This document shows positions 52,865-64,000 of a stretch of 64,000 nt of DNA, piece after piece. This stretch comes from Eledone cirrhosa (Eukaryota), in the NCBI GenBank assembly GCA_964016885.1, contig OZ024740.1, positions 428,668,001 through 428,732,000 on the forward strand, in the 5' to 3' direction. The notes under the pieces were generated by a model. It was not told where the DNA came from and did not search any database. It worked only from the letters and a program-made list of their open reading frames with translations. The position numbers and the translations under genes were made by a program. Each line of letters opens with the position of its first letter. The first letter of the stretch is position 1.

Positions 52865-53486
52865 ACGATAAATTAACGGAGGCATAGGCCGTCGTTATTC
52901 CCTGTAAATAATGTGCTCAAAGGGGAAGAGATCCTGAGCCCTTTAAAATATAATATGTTGAGAAGGTAACACACCAGAGAGAGATATATAGTGCGTTATC
53001 AATAATACAGGGAAAAAACCACCAGTGTATGGAATCTATAACCTATGAAAGGCCGACTATAGACACGATAATTAAAAATATAAATTAAAGCGTAAATAAA
53101 TACCTTTATAACTATATAACACACGTACAAATCCAAAGATATGTTTCACCAAAAAATTTGTTGAAAGAAATGGTCTAGTCTCGGTTCATCAGCGTGTGTA
53201 AGGCCATACATTTCAGACAACACTAAGAGAATTTTACAATTGACTGTCCAGCTACACGTGGGAGAGAGAAGTCACAGCGTGCTTAAGGGCAGTGGACCAG
53301 TGGCCTCTGAGAGACGAACTGCTAGAAAGGGCAGCCCAAAGCCACTCAGAGAAGTGTGCTCAACCAAGCAGAGATAGGAAAGACTGTTATTAGGAGCGAA
53401 ATATCACGATAAATTAACGGAGGCATAGGCCGTCGTTATTCCCTGTAAATAATGTGCTCAAAGGGGAAGAGATCCTGAGCCCTTTA
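52864..53486 (-). mobile_element. Non-coding, terminally redundant hammerhead-containing element (retrozyme / Penelope pLTR-like) inserted in (TA)n
   Basis: Identical 82-bp direct repeats at 52864-52945 and 53405-53486 (period 541 bp), an internal hammerhead, and TA tracts on both sides. Confidence 0.75.
53119..53199 (-). ncRNA. Complete type I hammerhead ribozyme
   Basis: ACACACG-CTGATGA-ACCGAGA...TTTTGGT-GAAACA-TATCTTTGGATT-TGTA-CGTGTGT. Perfect 7-bp stem I. GUA cleavage predicted between 53126 and 53125. Confidence 0.85.
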
Positions 53487-53586
53487 TATATATATGTCTG
53501 GGAGTAGCTAAGATGCTTCCATAGGCGGTATGCCGCTTGAGCACTCAGTAAATTGAGCTCAGATGCATCACTGATCTTTCGTTTTC

Positions 53587-53695
<109 letters not shown>

Positions 53696-53765
53696 GAGAG
53701 AGAGGCAGAGAGAGAAATGAAAGAGAAGAGAAGAGACGAAAATAGTCAGAGAAAAGGATAGGTAT

Positions 53766-53815
<50 letters not shown>

Positions 53816-53829
53816 TATTTCATATTTTT

Positions 53830-54402
<573 letters not shown>

Positions 54403-54585
54403 GGAGAGGAGGAAGAGGGGGCGAGAGGAGGAGAGAGAGGGGAGTGAAACCGGTTACTCTGTAACTGTATTTTGTCTATCAACATTATTACTTGCCAAAC
54501 TCTGTATCTCACCATCTACCTATCTACCTATCTATCGAACTCTCTAGAATATATCAGTCGATTTTTCATTCAAACTTTTTGTCTG

Positions 54586-57290
54586 CCTCTACTATAACTT
54601 TACATACAACCACCCCTACTATAACTTTACATACAACCACCTCTACTATAACTTTACATACAACCACCTCTACTATAACTTTACATACAACCACCTCTAC
54701 TATAACTTTACATACAACCACCTCTACTATAACTTTACATACAACCACCTCTACTATAACTTTACATACAACCACCCCTACTATAACTTTACATACAACC
54801 ACCTCTACTATAACTTTACATACAACCACCTCTACTATAACTTTACATACAACCACCTCTACTATAACTTTACATACAACCACCTCTACTATAACTTTAC
54901 ATACAACCACCCCTACTATAACTTTACATACAACCACCTCTACTATAACTTTACATACAACCACCCCTACTATAACTTTACATACAACCACCTCTACTAT
55001 AACTTTACATACAACCACCTTTACTATAACTTTACATACAACCACCTCTACTATAACTTTACATACAACCACCCCTACTATAACTTTACATACAACCACC
55101 TCTACTATAAATTTACATACAACCACCCCTACTATAACTTTACATACAACCACCTCTACTATAACTTTACATACAACCACCCCTACTATAACTTTACATA
55201 CAACCACCTCTACTATAACTTTACATACAACCACCCCTACTATAACTTTACATACAACCACCTCTACTATAACTTTACATACAACCACCTCTACTCTAAC
55301 TTTACATACGACCACCCCTACTATAACTTTACATACAACCACCCCTACTATAACTTTACATACAACCACCCCTACTATAACTTTACATACAACCACCTCT
55401 ACTCTAACTTTACATACGACCACCTCTACTATAACTTTAAATACAACCACCTATACTATAACTTTACATACAACCACCTCTACTATAACTTTACATACAA
55501 CCACCTCTACTATAACTTTACATACAACCACCTCTACTATAACTTTACATACAACCACCTCTACTATAACTTTACATACAACCACCCCTACTATAACTTT
55601 ACATACAACCACCTCTACTATAACTTTACATACAACCACCCCTACTATAACTTTACATACAACCACCTCTACTATAACTTTACATACAACCACCCCTACT
55701 ATAACTTTACATACAACCACCCCTACTATAACTTTACATACAACCACCCCTACTATAACTTTACATACAACCACCTCTACTATAACTTTACATACAACCA
55801 CCTCTACTATAACTTTACATACAACCACCTATACTATAACTTTACATACAACCACCTCTACTATAACTTTACATACAACCATCCCTACTATAACTTTACA
55901 TACAACCACCTCTACTATAACTTTACATACAACCACCCCTACTATAACTTTACATACAACCACCTCTACTCTAACTTTACATACGACCACCCCTACTATA
56001 ACTTTACATACAACCACCTCTACTATAACTTTACATACAACCACCCCTACTATAACTTTACATACAACCACCCCTACTATAACTTTACATACAACCACCT
56101 CTACTCTAACTTTACATACGACCACCTCTACTATAACTTTACATACAACCACCCCTACTATAACTTTACATACAACCTCCCCTACTATAACTTTACATAC
56201 AACCACCTCTACTCTAACTTTACATACAACCTCCCCTACTATAACTTTACATACAACCACCCCTACTATAACTTTACATACAACCACCTCTACTATAACA
56301 TTACATACAACCACCTCTACTATAACTTTACATACAACCACCCCTACTATAACTTTACATACAACCACCTCTACTATAACTTTACATACAACCACCTCTA
56401 CTATAACTTTACATACAACCACCTATACTATAACTTTACATACAACCACCTCTACTATAACTTTACATACAACCACCCCTACTATAACTTTACATACAAC
56501 CACCTCTACTATAACTTTACATACAACCACCTCTACTATAACATTACATACAACCACCTCTACTATAACTTTACATACAACCACCCCTACTATAACTTTA
56601 CATACAACCACCTCTACTATAACTTTACATACAACCACCTCTACTATAACTTTACATACAACCACCTATACTATAACTTTACATACAACCACCTCTACTA
56701 TAACTTTACATACAACCACCCCTACTATAACTTTACATACAACCACCTCTACTATAACTTTACATACAACCACCCCTACTATAACTTTACATACAACCAC
56801 CTCTACTATAACTTTACATACAACCACCTCTACTATAACTTTACATACAACCACCTCTACTATAACTTTACATACAACCACCTCTACTATAACTTTACAT
56901 ACAACCACCTCTACTATAACTTTACATACAACCACCCCTACTATAACTTTACATACAACCATCTCTACTATAACTTTACATACAACCACCCCTACTATAA
57001 CTTTACATACAACCACCTCTACTATAACTTTACATACAACCACCTCTACTATAACTTTACATACAACCACCTCTACTATAACTTTACATACAACCACCCC
57101 TACTATAACTTTACATACAACCACCTCTACTATAACTTTACATACAACCACCTCTACTATAACTTTACATACAACCACCTCTACTATAACTTTACATACA
57201 ACCACCCCTACTATAACTTTACATACAACCACCTATACTATAACTTTACATACAACCACCTCTACTATAACTTTACATACAACCACCTAT
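54586..57290. repeat. 27-bp minisatellite, 100 copies, ACTATAACTTTACATACAACCACC(T/C)CT
   Basis: 54591-57290 = 2700 bp with no loss of register. Confidence 0.99.
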
Positions 57291-57387
57291 ATTAGTCACA
57301 CTCTCACACACCATCCTAACTGAACACATTTACGTCTCTTTTTCTATACTTAGACACTCCTCTCTCTCTCTCTCTTGGTCTCTCTCT

Positions 57388-57468
<81 letters not shown>

Positions 57469-57506
57469 ACACATATACATATATACGTATATGTATCTAG
57501 ATATAC

Positions 57507-57561
<55 letters not shown>

Positions 57562-57668
57562 ATGTATATATATATATATATAAATATATATATATATACA
57601 TTTATGTATGTATGAATATATATATATATATATATGCATATATACGTATATAGATATTTATATGCATA

Positions 57669-57754
<86 letters not shown>

Positions 57755-58277
57755 TACACACACTTGAGAGCCTACAAAAGAGATAGACAATCTGATGGGA
57801 GATTAACACGAAGGAAGAATAAAGGTAAAGAAGGAAGAGAGAAGACATGATATATTATTCCAAACTGATAGTTACCGTTGTAAGCCCGTTCTCTGGCTTA
57901 TAACAAACCGAAGAAAAAATAGGCTATATAAAACTTTAGAGATGTATAAAAGAACCTATTTTACAGCAAAATTCCTCACTGCACATACTACTGAACACAT
58001 CTCTGCAATATGCTGTCAATTGCATTTAAATGCATGTCATTTATGTCAATAACCTCGAAATAAATAAAAATCAAATAATATTAATATATAGAAATGGCGG
58101 ACTCCCTCGATAAAATGGTGTGTTTAAGCACGTTTCCGCTTTGTAAATGTTCATGATGGGAAGTTTCCTTCTCACATGCATACACATACATATACATATG
58201 CATACACATACATATGTATATAGATATGTATATGTATATATATATATATATGTGTTTATATATATATATACATATAT

Positions 58278-58358
<81 letters not shown>

Positions 58359-58475
58359 TAGATAGTTAGATACATATATTCATATATACATACATACTTA
58401 TGAAGAGGTATACAGATGTGCTTATGTCTATGTGTTTGAGCGTTTATATGCGTTTGCTCGTGTGTATATTTATAG

Positions 58476-58513
<38 letters not shown>

Positions 58514-58920
58514 TACTTATCTATTTGTGTATACCTACGAGTGTATAAATACGATTGTACAGAATGTTTCACTATAGAGAATACAAATAACACGCTTGCA
58601 TACAATCATGATTGTATATTTTATTTATATAATAATGTATGTGTATGTATGTGTATAACAATGTATGTGTATGTATGTGTATGCCAATGTATATGTAATG
58701 TATGTGTATGCCAATGTATATATTATGTATGTGTATGCCAATGTATACCTTGTTTTGGAAATATTGCGTCACTGAAGAATGAAGATTTCATTTCTCTTGT
58801 ATCTCATAATGTATATGTTGACACTATATATATATCTATATATATTTATATATATATATATTTATATATTTATATATATATATATTTATATATATATATA
58901 TTTATATATATATATATATA

Positions 58921-59009
58921 TAGGAAAAGAGTCAGGACCCCGACGGCTGAGCCCCGGCCGTTTTGACAACTATATCTGAACAGCCGTCGGGGTCCTGACT
59001 CTTTTCCTA
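58921..59009. repeat. Perfect 29-bp inverted repeat with a 31-nt spacer
   Basis: taggaaaagagtcaggaccccgacggctg / cagccgtcggggtcctgactcttttccta. Confidence 0.95.
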
Positions 59010-59086
59010 CTACCCAGTCTACTACCCATAGTATTGAGTACTCTAGTGCGTTATGGTCCACCTGGTTCCTTACCACACTTACTTCG

Positions 59087-59164
<78 letters not shown>

Positions 59165-59276
59165 AATTAGTATATCTACCAACATATGTATACAGATGCA
59201 TACCTATGCTAGCAAATATATAAGTTTTGTCTTAGTAACTTTGCGGTTCTGTGCAAGGGGATGCAGAACAATTATA

Positions 59277-59791
59277 TGAAAGACGTAAACAAGTAAATTA
59301 TGAACATCGACTTACTAAAATTTCACTCCAACTAATTAGTTTCTGTAAGGGAATAAATATGGTTACGGAGAGTACCCACAGAGAAACCTTACGTCATCAG
59401 GGAGTCTATTCTCAGCTAAGCTTCCAGGCAATGCGAGGACACTGGGAACTTATATAAAAATAATTCAGTGGATGGAAAAAAGCAAGCGGGGACAAAATTC
59501 CAAGACATTGAAAAAATTCACTGCCTACTTGATCAGTGGCAAATTCAAAAGAATCAATCACGTGACACTGAGGTTAATCAGTGAGGAGTGGGGTGCTATT
59601 AAGACAAGGGCCTAGCCACTACCATGAACCATAGTAGTAATTTCAGCAAGTTTTGCTCAACAAATAATTTGGAGATAATTTCTCTGCGGGTACGCTCCGC
59701 AACCATATTTATTCCCTTACAGAAACTAATTAGTTGGAGTGAAATTTTAGTAAGTAAGTCGATTTTCATAATTTTCTTATTTACGTCTTTC

Positions 59792-59792
<1 letters not shown>
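59277..59792. repeat. ~110-bp imperfect inverted repeat pair (59277-59387 / 59678-59792), MITE-like
   Basis: cttactaaaatttcactccaactaattagtttctgtaagggaataaatatggtt occurs on both strands. The ORF track also shows the peptide LTKISLQLISFCKGINMV on + and -. Confidence 0.85.
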
Positions 59793-59863
<71 letters not shown>

Positions 59864-59926
59864 GTGTGTGTGTGTGTGTAATTTTAGGAATAACCAAAGA
59901 TTGCTTAGAAATACATTTTTTTATTT

Positions 59927-59971
59927 GCTAACAGTGTTTCATCCATACTCTAGGGCGGGAATCATCAGAGC
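59927..59971 (-). ncRNA. Minimal type I hammerhead motif
   Basis: GCT-CTGATGA-TTCC...GGAT-GAAAC-ACT-GTT-AGC followed by AATAAA. Confidence 0.6.
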
Positions 59972-60670
59972 CTATAAACAAAAGTATATCAAACGTTGCA
60001 GACTCCATCGAGCCTAGTCACCAGAACAAGGAAGATGGACAAGTAGGAGGAACACAATACATGATACATATAATGTCACAATAAATTACATCATAAAAAA
60101 TTAAGTCAAAAGTTTATCACATAAATGGTGCAATAGATCATAAGGAGGTTGAGAGAGGAGAGCAAGAAATGAATGAGGGTGTCACTCAGCATGATCAAAA
60201 AACAAACCATATATATATATGTATATTTATTTATAATTATAATTGAATATAAAAAAGAGATAAACACAGACATATACATACATGTGTTCAAATCGTAAGG
60301 GACCAGATTCGCTAGGGTGAAAAAAATACTGACTATGGACAATAGGGTTTGCCAGACGCAATTTAAGAATAAATCAAGAAAATAAATACAAACCGGAATT
60401 GTGGTAACTACCGATCACCCAAACAACTTTGGCTATGCTGTTTCGCAAAATTAATTGTGAAGAGGAATACTGATTCTTGCTCGTCAGTGGGTGATGAATT
60501 AGTATCCTGGTCACTTCTAAGTATATTAAAAAACTGAATAGTGTGCGTATATATAATAACGCACATGGTATCGGAACTTAGCGTATCTCACAAACTCACA
60601 CCACTAATTTATATATATATATATCATAACTTGTGTGTTACACCTCTATTCTTTTAAATATATATATATA

Positions 60671-61488
60671 CTTCTTCTTCCTCACTTTTCGTTGCTTCAC
60701 CATCTTTGTTTGTTTACACTCGTATCCCCTTTATTTACGTGTCCCAACGACTTTTTTTTAGCCGTTGCTCGCACCAACCGGAGGTATATGGTCTTTAAAG
60801 CGATGAAATACCAATGATGGTTGGAAGATCACTGATGAAGGACTAACTTTATTCATATGTAACCCATTAGCAACCACGCAGCACGTTTATTCTCATATTT
60901 ACACATTTTCTTTCCCCGCTGTGACCCGTCTACTTCGTTCTTACTGCTTCCTCTTTCTCTGTATCTTTACCCTCTCTAGCATTCACTCTCTCTGTTAGCT
61001 TCTTCCTCACCCTTCACTCACCCATTCTCTGTTACTACCTCTCCTCCTCCTCCTTCTTCCCGTTTGACCTGTGCGTAATTCTTTTCTTTCGCACCCTTTG
61101 TCTGGCAGGTCGCTTTTTTTCTCTCTCTCGTCTACGATTTCACAGAACTTACGTTCACCGAATTCACAGACTAGATCCCTTCTTCCTCCCGTTAGACCTG
61201 TACGGAATTCCTTCCTTGCTCACATTCCAACCAGGTTTGATGGTCTTTATTCTCTCTCATTCACGATTTCACCGAATTTATATTCATAGAAATTTGGGAC
61301 TTGACTTCTTCTTCCTCACTTTTCGTTGCTTCACCATCTTTGTTTGTTTACACTCGTGTCCCCTTTATTTACGTGTCCCAACGACTTTTTTTAGCCGTTG
61401 CTCGCACCAACCGAAGGTATATGGTCTTTAAAGCGATGAATGAAATACCAATGATGGTTGGAAGATCACTGATGAAGGACTAACTTTA

Positions 61489-61494
<6 letters not shown>
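60671..61494 (+). mobile_element. Terminally redundant (~1.3-mer, period ~634 bp) element between TA tracts
   Basis: 60671-60857 is repeated at 61305-61494. Confidence 0.8.
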
Positions 61495-61577
<83 letters not shown>

Positions 61578-61579
61578 AA

Positions 61580-61810
61580 ACATGAGAAGAAAGAAGAATA
61601 CTGCGTGGTTGCACATGGGTTACATATGATAAAAATAGTCCTTCGTCAGTGATTTGCCAACCATCATTGATATTCCATCGCATTAAAAATCATATACCTC
61701 AGGTTGGTGCGAGCAATAACTAAAAAAAGCTATTGGGACACAAGTAAATCGCGTAAAGCGACTGAGACAAGTAAACAACATAGAAGGATGAAAGCAACGC
61801 AAAGATGGGA
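61580..61810 (-). mobile_element. Diverged inverted copy of the same family
   Basis: ctgcgtggttgc..gggttacatatga..tagtccttcgtcagtgat..ggttggtgcgagcaa is the reverse complement of ~60730-60885. Confidence 0.75.
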
Positions 61811-61902
61811 ATAAACAAGCAACATGGTTATCCGGTCAGCATAAGCTGGGTTGATTTCATGAGCGATCAAGTTACAGACCGTCCGACGTGAGTGAGATGT
61901 GA

Positions 61903-61937
<35 letters not shown>

Positions 61938-62090
61938 CAGGGGGTGTAACTTGGAGTTACTGCAGGTTCACTCGGGTGAGCACTCGATGTTTAGGTTCAC
62001 TTCTGTGATGATGTGTAGAACTATACAAAGTGTAATATATTGAAAGGATAACAAGGACGATTGGTTACTCCTTAATTACATTTATTGGTA

Positions 62091-62175
62091 GGTGACGCGT
62101 GTTTCGCCACTGATCAGCTCAAGGTTCGATCTGTATCGATCCTAGCCGACTCAATGATCCGCAGCTCGACGGACC
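62091..62175 (-). ncRNA. Degenerate hammerhead, same family as 43853-43947
   Basis: GGT-CCGTCGA (mutated core)-GCTGC...GTGGC-GAAAC-ACGC-GTC-ACC, AATAAA downstream. Shares the cagctc(a/g)aggt(t/g)cgatctg loop. Confidence 0.5.
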
Positions 62176-62991
62176 CTTTAAAATGCTATAAGAAAATGAA
62201 ATACATGCTATGTGGTAAAGACAGAAGTTCAAGAGTTTGACAATATGAGTTATTTTGATTGGTGGGAAGGATCAAAGGGATGTACTGGCCTGTATTGTAT
62301 GTGGCGGTGGATGTGATGATAAGATGTTGGTCACGGTCGCTGACTGGGATGGGCTGTGGTGTGGGGGTGGCGGATTGGCTTTGGCCTGTAGTGTATGTGG
62401 GGGTGGATGAGATGATAAGATGGTGGTGACGGTTGCTGACTGGGATGGGCTGTGGTGTGGGGGAGGTGGGTTGTCGGTAGACGGGTTGGCGTGTGTGGGG
62501 TGTGGTTGTGGTGTTGTTGTTTATGGTAGTGGCGTTTGTGGTGGTGTGGTGTATGTGTTGGTGGTGTCGCGTCCATGGGGAGATACATACCTAGTCACTC
62601 GTAGTCTCTGACAAATACGTTGTATATATATACACATGCGCATATATACTGATATATATACATACGTACACACCTATATATACACACATACACGCGCCCA
62701 CATAGATCCACACATACCTATATCTATATGCATATATACACACATGCATGTGCATGAGCGCGTGTGTATATATATAGAGAGAGTGGGGGAGTATCGGTGG
62801 GGGTGGCGTAGAACAAAGATATAGGGGAGGTGAGAGCCAATGGAGATGGTGTTATACATATAGACATACACATACATACACACATACGGATATGCACACA
62901 TACACGTGCACACACGTATACATAAACATACCCATACACACACATACATACATATATACACACGCATACATATACATATATATATATATAT

Positions 62992-63092
62992 ATAAATCAG
63001 GAAAGAAGATTGACATGGTTTGCTATACAAAAAAGGTTTTTTAAAAACCTTTTTTGTATAGCAAACCATGTCAATCTTCTTTCCTGATTTAT
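62992..63092. repeat. Perfect 101-bp palindrome (50-bp arms, 1-nt centre)
   Basis: ataaatcaggaaagaagattgacatggtttgctatacaaaaaaggttttt-t-aaaaaccttttttgtatagcaaaccatgtcaatcttctttcctgatttat. Confidence 0.97.
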
Positions 63093-63258
63093 TATTACTC
63101 CAAGTGTTTACAACATAGGAATTACAGCATACTCGCAACATCACTATGGAAACGCCTTGTTGAGTCAAACCAAGACAAGCGTTGATATCATCCACTACCC
63201 GGAGTACCATAACTGGACTACACCTAAGTGGACTGCATATAACTATTATTTGTTACCC

Positions 63259-63307
<49 letters not shown>

Positions 63308-64000
63308 CTTATACATATATGTATACGCACATATATATTAAAAAATACTTACATACAGACACACACACTTGCGTTGGTTTGAGAGGGAAGGTACGTGTTG
63401 GCGGTGTTGATGAAGTTAATGGATGTTGAGGTATGGAGTTGTGTCTTGTGGTGGTGGAGTTGTGAGCGACAAAAATATACAGGATTGAATAATACGATGG
63501 GTTACAGGTTAAAAGGTGACATAGGGAACGCGGGGGGGGGGGCATTTATTGACGTATAGCGATGTGTGTTGTGGTCATGGTGGTGGTGGTGCTGGTATGA
63601 TATGTTCAACAAAATGATTACATGATCAGATGTTACGGTGGGTTACAGGGTAAGGACGACGGAGGGCGGATATAACACAGTCGATCTGGGAGTGAGGGAT
63701 GATATGTGTTGATGATGTTAATGATGTTAATGATTGTTGAAGTATGTGGATGTATCTAGTGGTGGCGGTGGTGTTGTGTGCGACAGTACATTTACAGGGT
63801 CGAATTTAACGTGGGGTTGTAGGTTAGGGTGGACAGAGGGAACATGGGGAAGTAAGGTTGCGGGTGTGGGATGGTAGACATAACGATGTGTGCGGTGGTG
63901 GTGGTGGCGATGGTTTGATGTGATCGACATTATATTTACAGGATCAGATGTTACTATGGTTTGCAAGGTAAGACCTGACAGAGAGGACAGATAGAACACA

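Noticed and set aside
50806-52866. Asp/Gly-, Met/Val- and Ile/Tyr-rich ORFs
   Set aside because: Translations of CAT/CAC, TA and AAC microsatellites.

Overview
Eukaryotic, gene-free, repeat-dense animal DNA. The SINE types and microsatellite load suggest a cephalopod/mollusc, which is inference only. (1) 1-15.1 kb: a head-to-tail, same-strand array of four Tx1/L1-clade non-LTR retrotransposon units (A intact in the window, B' 5'-truncated, B full-length but decayed, C 5'-truncated) plus an inverted A-type fragment. Where a tail survives it is AATAAA(A)GAAATA+(TATC)n with no poly(A), and the next element starts right after it, suggesting a (GATA/TATC)n-targeting, self-stacking Tx1 family. (2) 15-19 kb: SINE fragment, hAT- and mariner-type MITEs, microsatellites, and two decayed copies of a restriction-like endonuclease (RLE) domain from an R4/Dong/NeSL-type LINE. 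(3) 19.0-42.9 kb: about 850 copies of a 28-bp satellite whose minus strand reads R-Y-N-R-P-D-I-V-I, the catalytic PD motif of that RLE, running directly into the rest of the domain at the array edge. It has kb-scale higher-order duplications. (4) 43-64 kb: (TA)n-rich patchwork with SINEs, an RTE 3' fragment, a 100x27-bp minisatellite, several type I hammerhead ribozyme motifs (Penelope/retrozyme-like), terminally redundant small elements inserted in (TA)n, and fold-back palindromes. No host gene, rRNA, tRNA gene or CRISPR array is supported. Nearly all long ORFs in the track beyond 15 kb are repeat artefacts.
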